Source: Hydrolagus affinis (taxonomy: Eukaryota). From it: a DNA stretch of 64,000 nt. Made by a program: the position numbers and the translations under genes. The DNA is taken from NCBI GenBank assembly GCA_012026655.1, contig JAAILG010000039.1, positions 1 through 64,000 of the forward strand. The letters run 5' to 3'. The notes under the pieces are model-generated. The model saw only the letters and a program-made list of their open reading frames with translations, was not told where the DNA came from and ran no database searches. Shown one piece after another: positions 26,101-40,000 of the stretch (within the stretch, counting starts at the first letter, position 1; every line of letters starts with the position of its first letter).

Positions 26101-26859
26101 TCCAATGCAAACATTTAATTGTCTACAAATTCACAACTATTGTGTTTTACGGTTGCAACTTCCATTCTTCAAACCAACGAGGTGCAGTGGATAATGTTCT
26201 TATGTACTATTTATTTTAAAACATTCACACTAATTCTTTTCCAGGGAGATGAGCTGGTTCTAATTATCTATTGTACCAGAGACAAATCGAGGATGTATTC
26301 AGGTAATTTATTAAACTGCCTAATATGGCAACAATCTCCCTTTCTATTCAATGTTAGAACATGAGGTATTTCAGGCTTGTTGTTGTCGCAGTGACAATTT
26401 CAAAAGGTTTACCTTGGTAGCCTAATAAAAATAATTGATTTATGAGTTGCATTTTTAAAGAGCTCCTTGCCGTAAATGCATCCAAACTGAGATCATTTAA
26501 ACTGAAGAAATTGCTGACATGTTTAAGATTTTTCAGGAGCAGAATTCACATGTCAACAAATGAATCATTATTTTGACAAAAAAGCTATTCCAAACCCATG
26601 ATATTTTAGTTGTTTAGGTCCAGAAGGTTGCCTTGGAATGGTTTGGAGAAATCGTGGAAAATAGATCTTTTTTTTGGGGGGAAAAAAAACACTATTGTAA
26701 GTTGTGAAAACCATAATGTGTATGTTGGAACACGAACGCCAAACATACACAATAAACAGGTATCCATCCAGAAAGGTGGAAAAGTAAAAGGTCTAAATAT
26801 GATTACCTTTCAATCTTTGAAGTTTTCATTAAATGTGAAACTGCTGACAACAAAGATAA

Positions 26860-27330
26860 TCAAATACTTGGCATTTGTCTATCAGTAAAAAGAAGTTATT
26901 CTGACCTTGTATAGATCAGCGGTGAGGCCACATCTGGAATACTCAGTGAATACCTCCTTCAGGAAGGTATTGGATAGAGCATGGAGAAGAGCAACAAATA
27001 TGATTCTGTAATTTAGCACTTTGTTATGAGGATAGATTCACAGAGAGACACTTGCTTTCAATGGAAAAAATATTGAGGGGAGATCAATAATCCAGGTCTT
27101 TAATGGAAATTGACAATGGACATGATCTAGGTCTTTAAATTGACAAGAGGTGAGGAAAATGCAGGTGTCAGTGGATTCATTATTTCAGACCAGGAGGGCA
27201 GTACCAGAAACTACAATTTAAATTAAAAGCTTTAAATGGAACTAGAGGTAAGTTTCCTACAAAACAGGATATGTGGAACAAACTCCCATAAAAAAATAGT
27301 TGATGGAACCATTCACTCCTTTTTATACAA
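26860..27330 (+). mobile_element. Old degenerate CR1 3' fragment
   Basis: TTGTATAGATCAGCGGTGAGGCCACATCTGGAATAC (LYRSAVRPHLEY). Confidence 0.65.
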
Positions 27331-28027
27331 AACAAGACTAGCAATGTATATAAGTAATCTTTCCATTTGATATTGAAGGATTATCATTGTTGAACCATGC
27401 AAAGTTCACTGAATTTATTTATTAAGTGTTGTAACTGTGCTATACAAATGTAATTTTGTTTTTGTTGTATTTTATATGCAAATGCAGAAGTCAGTTTAGG
27501 TGCAGCAATGTCTCACAAATAGTAATGAAGTGAATGATGAATTTCATCTGGGGGTTTAGCGCTGGGAGATATGTGCTTGGGTACAGTTTTAGAGCAGATG
27601 AGATGAAAAGATCCTTCAATAATTTGTGCTTTGCAAAGTTCAAGCAGAGTTGGGGATAACTGTAGCATGAAGGAGGACAGAAAAAAAATTGAGCTGTATG
27701 AATCGATACATACTCAGATTGTTAGTAATCTGTATGAATTAGAACTGGTCTTAAGCACTCTGAGACACTGTCCGGCATGGAGGGAGCTATATAAATTGAA
27801 GTTGTTCTTGCTGTTGTTGTTTTGCATGGTCTTTTAAAGGACTTAGCAAAATGGGTCGATGACTTTTGATCCACGCTTTATGTTCTGAAGAACATGAATG
27901 ATAGGCGTTAAACAATGCACTGTATATATTTCTGCAATAAACCATGTGTGCTTTGATCTCTAAAGAAGCCATCCGATTAGGCTCTTATATCACAGCGTTT
28001 GTTTCAGTTGGTTGTTGTGAAACTTTT

Positions 28028-31000
28028 TTAGACGTATAGTTTATGAGTATCTTCATTCATTTTCTGCTCTAGACGCATTTTGAGCTCAGATACCAGAGCA
28101 GTGCTGATATCTGCTTTGTATTTTGATTGTCTGGGACTCAGTGATCCTGACACCGTAGATAGATTCCAGTCTGGCACGTTGAGTCTGGCTGAGAACGTTG
28201 ACGATGGAGGAGGAAGCGAAGGTGCACATGGTGGAGGCGTCGGAGGATCCGGACTGTTATTGTTGGTGTTCACGTTCTGTATGTGTGCATTAGCAGCGGA
28301 ACCTGTGAATTTATTTGATATGTTTTGGGACCTCTTAATTTTCCACCAGTTCAATCTGGGAGTCCGTGAACGACGATCTGCCCTCTTTATGATACGCCTC
28401 ACTGGGCCAATTCTATTGGACTTTTTGTTCCGCCAAAACATGGCAGTTGAAATCAAGATTGTAAGAATCACAAAAAAACAAACTACTCCAGCTAACACTC
28501 CTAGGACTTTCATATGGTTATCGTTAGATTGCAACAAAAAGGCTGACATGGTCCCTTTCCCAGAAGTCTGTAAAAGAGTACAAAGAAAACAAGTGGTTTA
28601 GTCCATAGGACTGGGATCTCCATTTCAGACAGAATTTTTCTTTAAAAAAATCATTAATCTGAGTGATTGTCCCACACAGTCAAAAAAAAAGCCCATCAGA
28701 TAAACATATTTGTACTTCTGTACTCTTTTACAGGCATACAAAGTGCAGGATTAAAAGAAAAGAAAATAGCTCTGGTTTCTTTCATGTCTTATCTGATGCA
28801 TTGAGGACAAATAAAAATGTACTCCTGCAATGTTAGTGAACACGATATTAACTAGCCATCTTTTTTTTCTGGTGGTCTCTTGATAATTTTTCGAATATTG
28901 CCATGAGGATGCACTCTGGACCTTTTCACCCTTCGCCAGAACATTAGTGCAGATATAGCTATTGTTAAAGAAATGAGAGAGATGGCTGTGCTTGTAAAAA
29001 TTCCAAATATTTTCCATGGCTGCTTCCTCAGGCCCCAAACATAAGATATTAGCCGTGATTTAATCTGGAAATGTTAAAACGTCAGATTTCAGTAACAGAA
29101 GAACTATTATCTGGTCAAACTTGAATTTTGAGATATGTTTTCATAGTTTTTACATATTCAGACAAAAATCCTTTCTATCAGGAATGTGTTTATCTCCACA
29201 AGAATAAAAAATGGATAGGATGAATTCAGACGACTGAATTTTAAAAAGTAAATTTTTTCTGTTAAATATCTCGTGCAACTGTTTGACATAGTTTGAAAAA
29301 CAATTATTTTAAGATTCTATATTCATTTAACTTAAATCACTTAAATCACACACATAAAGGTCATTCACTTTGGTTAAAATAAATACAGTTTGCAAATATT
29401 ACAAATTAAATGCAGATAAATCTAATTATCCTATTTTATTTCAACCATATTCTAATCACTGGCTTCCAGGGCTCCGCTCGTACCACTTTTATGGCAACTG
29501 CTACAAAATGAGATTTTTAATTAGAAAATGAACAAATAATCAGCCAATTTCAATCATGCTGCTGGTGAAGTAAGTGTGCAGCGTGAAACTCTTGTTATTT
29601 TGAATGATTGTCCACAACAATCCCGCAAATTTGGTACAGTTGAAGCCCTATCTGTACTACGCGTGTAGGAGGCCAGAAATAGAAATCAATTACTCTTATC
29701 ACCATCATGTCATTTCAGGTCAGATTTACTCAAAGACCATGAAAAACACAAAGTGTCAGGTAGGAAACCTGTCTGATTAGCCTCAGCACTGACTGCAAAG
29801 TAGGAGAGCGGTGATATCCTGTCATAGTACGGGCACATGTTATAACTGATCTTAAGATTTGCTAATGGATACTGAAGATGAACATGTTTGTGGTGCAACA
29901 TGATTGGACCACATCTCTGTGAACCCTCTTTTTCTCCCTGCAACCCTCCACCCTAACTTCTACCTCACCCTCCCACCAACCTGAATCTTTACAATGCTTA
30001 ATGCTTTACGCCTTGGCCCTGAATAAATTGTACCTACCTCTTCCGTTATATCGATCTTCACCACGGCTGTTGTGCTAAATGAAGGGGAGCCTCTATCTTT
30101 CGCTTCTACTACCAAGGACCACTGGCAATCTTTATTTTTTGTTATATTGTAAATAATCTCCATAGATTTGATGTAGGATTTCAGTTTTATCTCTCCCGTG
30201 GCTTGATCAATGTCAAAAACGTTTGTTGGATCTGCTTGCATTATTGAGTAGTCCACAATGTTATTTGGTTTTTCAGCATCATCATCTGTAGCCTGCAGTA
30301 AATGTCACAAACTCATTCAGAACACAGCTCTGCACAGTACGCCTTCACTGGACAGGCAACAGGTTGTAATTTGTTAGAAATTGCATTCATTGTAACAATA
30401 AAAAAAAGTAAACGTAAAAGATGTATAAATTAAACATAGTGGTGTGTGACACAGGAAATTAATATTCTAAGGTGGTCATGACTGACACAAAGATCCTTAA
30501 AATCTCCCACATTCAGAGTTTCTTCGTTTCATTTGTAGCTTGTTTCTCAATTTGGTGACAGACTATCCAATCAGGATAGAAATGTTGCCCGTCTCTTTGA
30601 TCCCATTTCTGAGACCACCTCTATACATTCCACTTCAACTCTGCTGGTGCTACTGCATTACAAATACTACTAATAATAATCCTCGGTTTTGAGATGCAGT
30701 AGTGCTTTTCATGTCTTCCAGATGTCTCAAAGCGCATCACGCAATATACTGAAAACAAATTTTTGACTGTATTTGTGGGTGAAACGTAGCAGCCAATTGT
30801 GCACAGCTGTGTCCCACAAACAGTCGTGGATTGAAGTGACCAATTTTTTTTCTTAAGGGATTATTATCAGGTGTGTGGAGCGAAGGAAACTTGCCTCAGG
30901 TTTCCCTCTGCCGGGAATGGAACCCAGGTCTCTCGCTTGCAAGGCGAGTGCTTCACCCAAAAGGTTACAGTTACAGCCACTGTGCCATCATACAAATACC

Positions 31001-34000
31001 GTAGTATAAAAAAATGAAAACTAATAAGAAGGTAACTGGATTTAGGCTTTCATATACAGAACAAATTTGCAATCCTGATGAATGACTTTTTTCTTGGTAG
31101 AGTTTTGTTTCCGAATGTACAGATGTATTGCTTCCCTGATCCCTCAGAACCTTGCATTTTCTCCATCTCTATCTCTAATCCTTCTCCTCCCTCCATGGTG
31201 AATCTAGTGGATTTGCACTTGGCGCTGAGATCAAGAACCCACTACTCTGCACAGTCAAAACTTCATAATTACAGACAATTTATGATTGTTTTACATTTGT
31301 GAAATCCAATGATTTATATTAAAAGAAATTTCTCTTACCTCGACTTTTATAGTTGACCCAAGAAACATAACCTTCTTCAAAATGTTCGCATTAAATTCTG
31401 GATAGTGATCATTTGTATCTAGAACCGTTACAAAAACTTCAGCAAGGCTGTACTTTCCTTCCACATCTTCTGCCTTGACATAAAAGCTGTATTTAGACTG
31501 CACTTCAGCATCCAGCTCAGCCCAGGGCTGAGTATAAACTATTCCCGTGGTGGGGTGAATCGAAAACCTAAATTTAAAAACAATAACTTAGTGTCAATTC
31601 AACTACACAATTCAGTCATTACCAAATTGAGGAAAACTCAGTAGCCAACCTGCATGCAACAGTGTCCTCCAGAAAGCTATGAAGTGAATGACCAATTTTA
31701 TTCAGTAGATTGTTGACGAGGATGTCAGGAGAAACTCACTTCTCTTTTTGAATAACATGGAATTTTTAACATCCACCCGAATAGGCACTCAGCATCTCAG
31801 CTTAACATCTCATCTGAAGAACAGTATCTTTTACAAAGGAGTGTCAAAGATATTGGTCTTAAAAGAACAGACTGGCACATCGGAAACATTTTTGGAAAAT
31901 GTACTGTGTAAATTTTGTTAGATTTAATTGGGAGCCAAGAACAGAACTGTGCATTTGTGCATGGTGTTGCTGAGAAAGTTTAAACACTGAATAGAGGGAG
32001 ATTTTATTTTTTACAGATACTTTCTATCTAGTTTATATATTAACCCCGTTTATATACAGTAGTTCACTGCAGATAGAAAATATAATTTATATCTTTGCTA
32101 AATGACATACTTATTGGGTTCATTTGAATTTTAGTAATAAAGAAAGAATCCTGTGTGAAAGCTATTGAAAGATGAACTGAACTAAATACTTCTATGATCT
32201 CAGCTCTGGTCATTTCAGGTGAAATTTGTTTGCAAATAAATTTTTTAACTGCTAACCTGGTGGATGCACGCAAAAGGATTAGTGAGACCAACTCCACTTC
32301 CGTTGTAGGATTAACAGCTTAATGCATGCAGTTCCATTGTCATTTAAAAACTATTTATTTTCAAACCACATTAGAAATACATGCTTGAGACGTTAGTTGG
32401 TGATGCTAAGGGTCATGAATGCTGACAACAGCTTGATGTGAAACTTGGCATTTACGGAGATCAGTGAAGACTAAATTAAGCAAAGCACTGACATGAATTC
32501 TTCAATTTTGGAGGAGAAATATCACAGGAGTCCTCAAAATAAAATATTTGGCTTACTATCTAGCTATGCCGATGATCCTTTAAAGCTTAGTGAGACAGAA
32601 AAGGAGTTAGAGCTGCCATTAGTACATTAAAGCAACTACTGAAGTTCATATCTGGTCACTTTGTTACGATTGGAAGTATGTCAGAACTATCAAAGCAACA
32701 GGAACCAAATCACTTGGGGAAATGAAAAACATCAAGTGTTTGATATACTGTACTGCCAGCATAACAACATTGGATCTAACCTGTTCCGTATTACAGTGCT
32801 CAGGGTTTGCTTGTTCAGTTCTGTACTTAGCGTTTTCTTGTATGACGTGCAATATAATATGATAATATGCAATTCCCCTGAATGTCCTCATAGATTCTCA
32901 GAATCAGATAAATTACAACCTAGAAGAAGTCCCTTAGGCTCATGGAGTCTATGTTGGTGTCTGCTCTAATTGCTCTAATCCCAATTAACTGCTCTATTCC
33001 TTTGCCCTTCTATTTTGCTCTCTTTCAAACGTTTATCAATTCCCTCTTTTCAAAATGTTAACAACAACAACAACTTCGATTTATATAGCGCCTTCTATGC
33101 CGGATGGTGTCTCAGAGCGCTTCAAGACTATATAAGACTTTATATGCTATCATAAATGATCCACTGTTACAATTTAATGTGAAAATATACCCAAAGAAAT
33201 GTATTATTATGAACCTCTTGTAACTGTATCGTGTGCTTGTGGACAAACAGTTGAAAGTTTGCGAAAAATTAATCATGAAATAATTGTACAAGGAATATGC
33301 TCATTACACAAAATCAAAAATAAGATGCTTGTACATTTTATCTTTTGTTTCATTTTTTGAAAGTCTTTGATCTTTTAAAAAAAAGTAACATTACTTACAA
33401 ATCGGCACCTATTCCAAATATAGAATACTTGGTTTTTCCCCATATCCCAGAATCGGGATCATTTGCCTGTGAAGAAAGTACCAAATGGTTGGAAAAAATA
33501 GTGTTATGATGTGATGATTGAATGGTTTATTTCCTGGTATTTGCAATACAATGGTAAACTCACAAGTTATCTATTGCTGAAACTCCCAATAGATTTGTGG
33601 GCATGTCATACGATACCATAAATACTTCCACTTTATGTTACACTGAATGCCATTAACAAACTAGTTTTTCATTTGGAAATTCTGCTCTGAAATCAAGTGT
33701 TAATGTTCTATGTTTAATGCCTCAACCAGTTCAACACCTCATGAAACTTGAGAGTGGATATTCTGGATTTAAACCTTGGTACATCCATTCACCTTTTCAG
33801 GTTTTCAAGGTCTAAAATAAATTCCCAGAAAAAATTCTTCTTGGAAAAGATAAACAGGTTCAGCTGGCTCTAAAGAGATTTTAAACTGTGATAAATCCAC
33901 AGTAGATATAAGGTTTTGTCAATGTCTGACTTGTGTGTTTGTCTTATAATGATCGCCATTACTGTAAAGGGGCCATCAACCCCCATTGGGCTTCAAGCTG

Positions 34001-37000
34001 GATACGTATTGATCAAATAATCATAGAATGTTACAGCACAGCAAATGGTCAATTGGGCCATCATGTCTGTGATGATGTTTATTACAACTTGAAGCATCTA
34101 AATCTCCTTATGTGTCCTTATGTGTGAGTGTGTCCAATGGAACAGGGTACAATCTGCAAAATTAGTACTTTTACTTACAGTGACACATATGACTGTGGAA
34201 CCCCCAGGTGAGTTTTCTGGGATGCGTGCAATGTAGAAGTCTGAGGTGAACTTGGGAATATTGTCATTTGTGTCCACAAGATGAATGATAATGTCAGCTG
34301 TAGAACTGAACTTCTCTGGAGTGTCTGTCTCCACTGCAAGGAGCTTTAGGGAAGAAAGGATAATATTTTTAACAGCTGCAAACTCTAAAAACACACTTTT
34401 TAAAGAAAAATCCCCAAACTCACAAACCTTGAAGGTAAAAACCTGGAACTTTTCATAGTCAATGGCAGCTGAGTTTTCCACTATTATTGTCGCTTGTGCT
34501 TTGTTGAGAACTGTTTGGGGAATAACTCGAAATATGCCTTCAGGACCTACCAGTTTAAGGTTGAATTGTGCATTTGTTCCCTGTAAGAAAAGAATGGAAT
34601 GGTGTCATTATCTCAATATTCTGTTCAACACAATTTAAACCATAGTGTGAAGACAAATGGATAAACCTTCTTTTCTGATTTAACCTCTTCAACAAGAGTA
34701 CTATACATAGATCATTCCCTGTTAGCTGACAGTACATAAAAGTCAATCATTTTCTTGATTTGTGGGTTCAGATATTCTGGAAGACTAATTCAAACGTAAT
34801 GTTTACTGCTGCTGAAATTAGCACATTTCTAACATCAGCAAATCTTTCCATAGTGAAGTCCCAGCTGATGGCAGCAGGCTTTCGTTCAATGCAGTGCAAA
34901 TGGGTCTCATGTGTGCATCATCTGATGAAAGATATCTTGCTCCATTTAATTTCTTTATGTGCTTGTGTGATCGTGCTCCAGATGTGAAAGGCACTATATA
35001 AATGTAATTTTGTTGTTGTTGGTCATCAGAAACACAGTCTATTGATCTGTAGTTAATACTGTGGTACCTTGTAAAGCTGGTAAACAAACCTGATCGGAGT
35101 CATTTACTGTTATTTTCAGTCCTCGAAGTATCTCTCCTTCAGGGGGATGCTCGTACATTATAATTTCAAAATGTGACTGTGGCCCACTTTCACCGTAAAA
35201 CGTTGGTGGATGGTCATTGAGATCCACCACTTGGATGCGAACCGTGGTAGTTGTAAAAGATTCTTCGTCACTATCAGGGCTAATTTCGGAGGCCTTGTAC
35301 AAAAACAAACATAAAGCATCTTTAACAATTTCCTTAATTTATATTGTATCTTATTGCTTACGGTAGAGTGTATCAGTTGATCGAGTATCCGCACTCTGCC
35401 ACAGAGGGATTTTTCATGTAACTCCATGAACTTCCACTTTGAGTAACTTATCTCAGTTGCATTGATCCAAGAAGCATTGAAGAAAAGCAAGGTATTGTGA
35501 AGGGGAAAATCACTTTGATCTGCTCTGGCTCCAGCAACCATGATTGGCACATGATTTTACTGACTGCCAACTAATTATTCTCAAAGTATAAGTCATGGTA
35601 AGTCAAAGCAAAGTTAAGAAACATCATGGTGTTTAATATTCAGAAGACTAAAGGCTGGCTGGCAGTCCATTCTTTACCACCACTTTTAGGTAGCTTCGTC
35701 AGTGATGCACTAATCCCAGGATTAATTGCTATTGTTCTAATTTATTGTCCTAAAGCATCCACCTAATTTGTTTGGACTCACCTGAATTAAAAGCTTGTAG
35801 ACAGTCTTTTTAAGAAGATCTGTTGTTTCAACAACTGTAATGACTCCACTTGAATTGTTTATTTCAAAAGATCCATCACTTCCTATTTTTTAAATAAAGG
35901 TTAACTATGTTAATAGAAATGCGAGTACCGGTAAGTAGTATCCAATTTTAAAAGTCCAACAACTAGCATTTATATAGTCTTTCACATAGGATAGCATCTC
36001 AAGAGCACTGCACATTGGTTGAGTATGATACTAAACAAGGGAATACGGAGAGGTGACCACCACAGTTTGCATCAAAGCACATACACAGAATTCTCCTCAG
36101 CCCACAGCAGGAGTCTTGCTCTAAATTGCTTTACTACTACAAGTATCACTTCCAGCCACATAAATGCAGCAACATTAAGACAAGGCTGCCTTTATTCATG
36201 CCTTTATCATATCCCAGCTTGGCTATGCCAATGCTCTGCTTGTTGGCCTTCCCACTTCCTCCCTCCGTAGGCTGCAGATAATATAGAACTCTGCATTCTG
36301 TGTCCTCTACTGCTCCAAGCTTCGTGACCCCATCTCTCCCATCCTCATCCAACTCCGTTGGCTTTCCATCACCCGGAGGATTTGATTCAGGATCTTGGTC
36401 CTTACATTCAAAACCCTCCCATTGCTATGTTCAACCCTACCTCTGTGACCTCCTAACTCCCTACCAACCTGCCTGTCCTCCGCTCAGCAGGCTCTGGCCT
36501 GCTCCACATGTCCAGTCCCACCTGCCCTACCATTGGCGGGCAAGCCTTCAGCCACATTGCCCCCAACCTCTGAAACTCCATCCTGCAGTCCCTCCACCTC
36601 ATCCCCTCCCTGGCCTCTTTCAAATCCAACCTCAAGACTCTCCTCTTCAACTGTCCCATCGGTCACCCCAAATTTGCCTCCACCCTCCCTGTCCCCGACC
36701 CCAGCTCGGGTCTGAAACAATGACTGTTCAGCGCTTTGCGATGTCCTCCTGATGTATACAAGTATAATTTTGTTATTGTTGTTGTTGTCTTTGTGGCTCC
36801 AGGAGCTACAAAGCTTGTGGTTTCATTTCACTTACCGTTTACAATTTTGTAAAAAATCGGATTTGGGATACCATGGTCGCCATCATATGCCGTCACACTA
36901 AATATTGCAGAATCCTGAAAACAAAATGGCAATTTGTAATTTAGGTGAAATTTAACAGATGAGAAACATGGCTGTTTTTCAATAAGGTGATATGCTCAGC

Positions 37001-40000
37001 CTTTCCCCTACAACTTAACGCATAATTCAACATGTGGGTTGAATGTGGGAAAAGTGTGGGTTGAAAACAGCAAGCACCAAGACACAAAATCCTGCATATG
37101 TGTAATAGTGCAATAGCAAATGGGCAAAGAGTGAATTACAATGCAAAACTTACAGGTTCTGTATCCTCATAGACATATCCAAAATATGGTGTTCCAGCAA
37201 ATATAGGAGGAGTGTCCTGGACATCCATCACATTGATTGTTACGGTGGCTGTTGAAGACCAAACCTTATACTTTCCTTTGAGCTTCCCACCGCCATCCTG
37301 AAATAAATCAGTTTAATTTTGCTTCTTTTTTTGGTTGCAAAAGATTAAATTAAACTGTTTTATTTAAGAAATAAAACTTGTCAATTTACCTTTGCTGTAA
37401 CAGTGACAAAATGAGTCCTGGACTTCTCAAAGTCGAGGGAAATGCCCGACCTTATTCGAAGGATGCCGCTAAATCGATCTATTGAAAACTTTTTTATTCG
37501 TATGTTCTGGAAGAAAGAAACCAAGGGATCATTAGAAAGAGTGAGGATTACCAGCAGAGAAAGATTATGGTGCATAATCGTGGATTGAAGCAATTTAGGA
37601 ATTGAATTTAAAGTATACCTGTAGAAAGTACGTTAAACTTCCTCCAGATCCATTGTCTTTGTCTACTGCAGAGACCTTGAATATGCTGCTCTCTGAAGGT
37701 GTGTTCTAGTAGTTGGGAGAGAAACGTAGATCACCATAAGTGCTCCATGAAATTACTCGTCTGTCTTCATAACACAAGCGGTATTTGGAACAGTAAAAGA
37801 GAAACTCACCTCTGGGACATCGATGATATAAGGTGCATTAATGAACTGTGGGCTTTCATCATTAGCATCTGTGACAAGAATTAGAACCTTTTCCTCAACC
37901 TGCAAATAATAATTATTGCTCTTTATTAATTCTTCTTCATCAATATTTTGGTTGAGGTCACTAACCTCAAATTGAGGTGAAATAAAATATTGAATTATGA
38001 CAGTCAAAGGCAATAGAGCCCACAAGGCTTAAATGTACCATTAGGCCTTCAGCAGTGCTGCCTCAGCTTTGCATTGTCAAAGTGATAAAGTAAATTGAAT
38101 ATTGCTTAACATTTCAATAGATTATGTTGTGATGAGTTGGGATGTTCAACAGTGAATGTGAACTCAGAAGATAAGATCTGTTCCTTCAGCAAGAGCAGAT
38201 TTGCAAGCTGTTTATGAGGTTGGCCTTCAACTCTCAATGTGCACAAGTAAACTGAACATTAGGAAGTACTGAGAGTGAGAGGGATATTTATTTTATTCTT
38301 TTCAAGTTGGGGTGCTTTACACTTGATTTAAAAATGATGTGACATCAAGAGCTTTCTGTATCTTGTGCACAATTCCATATTTCCATGTTACACACTCTAC
38401 CTTATCCAATTCCATGAAGTGTATTCCACACATAACATTTCCATCTGATACTGGGCGAGTGGATTGAGTATAAGTTCTTTTCAACAAACAATGCTACTTA
38501 CTTTATTCAAGCCATCTGAAATACTAACAAATACTTCAACTTCATCTTCTTTCTGTAAAACAACAGACAACCAAATGCCACTGAATAAACATGAGCAAGA
38601 ATCTCCTCTAAGCACACATGCCAGAACCTGTACATTTATGACTGATTGATAGCATGAGAAATTCTTTCATCCAGAGTGGGCTGGTATGCAACCCTACCAG
38701 CCCACTCTGGATGAAAGAATGGTCTGGTGTTTAGGGCCTTATTTGAAATTACAAAAATAAATTGAATGGGTTTATTCTCTGTATGGCTGTGGGACACACA
38801 AGCAAAAATGATTTGAGATCCATTTTGCCCTGTACAAACCCGAGTTCATTTAAAAAATTAACAAATTCACTCCAAAAGGCCAGAAGAATAGCGAGTGCAG
38901 GAGATGAGAATATGAAAGGAGCTTTATCGTCCAATTAGTTCAGACTAAAAATTGACCTGAAAATGTTTAATGGTAATGAAAAGTGCACCATGTTGAGGGT
39001 TGTATAGACCTGATTAATTTCTAGTCTAGATCACTTGGTTAGTTAGTAAATTAACAATGCATTTCTGATGATGGGATTAAAAAACGTTATTAAAAGAATC
39101 CCTAAAGACTGTTACCTCTCTGTCCAGCTCCTCCACCAGCGTGACTTTTCCTGATTGTGAATTCACAGCAAAGTAATGTTTCGAACCAGGTTTAAATGCT
39201 ATACCATATTTCACTGAATTTCCTTCCAGATCTGTCCCATTTAAAGTGTACACTTGTGATCCTAGAAATAAGTATGAAATGCAGAGTTCTTTCAGTAGAT
39301 TGATAAGCTTTCATTTTGACAATAAGGATAACAAAATGGTGGAGAGTAATAATGCAAAAATATTGTACAGTGTTTTGCCAGTTTCAGAGCTGGTAAAGTA
39401 CATACCTATAGGTGTATCCTCAGGAATGCTCAACAGGGCCATATTTCCATTGGTATTGTTAGCGTCATTGTTGTAGAAGTAGGGAGCATAATCTGCTTGA
39501 ACTAATGAGAAATTGCAATCCTGTAGTAACAATAAACTTTCCGAAAAGTTTTCAAAGCATCAATTACACATAAGGTTGTGAATTACATTGTTAAAAACAC
39601 AATGTTCCTCTTCAGAACAATTAGTTTAAATTATTGAGCAATATTATGTTACGAACTAATGGTTTAAAAAGTAATCAGTATCATGGATTGAAGGAAGTTT
39701 CATACAGTGTGCAGACCTGGAATGAGTGACTAATCAGTTGAATTAATTCTCTACAATATTTGACAAATGATACAAACTCTACCAATGGATTGCTACAGAT
39801 TTAAAATGATACATCAATTGTATTTGCAAATGTTGTTATTCGAACACAGTGAATACAATACCCATTTGATTACATTTTTCTGTGGCAGTGCGAAACGTTG
39901 GACAAGTTTCCTTACTCCACGTCTCTGTTTAACTAGCAGTAAGTAGGAACCTGGTTGTTAGTCGATTGGCGAATCATTTCTCTGGGGATAATAATCCTTT

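Noticed and set aside
28080-28601. 173-aa plus-strand ORF
   Set aside because: Antisense shadow of the CDHR1 last exon; same for ORFs antisense to LRIT exons.
35158-35550. 130-aa minus-strand ORF overlapping CDHR1 exon 11
   Set aside because: Out of frame with CDHR1, no recognisable motifs; the real exon 10 is at 35882-35782.
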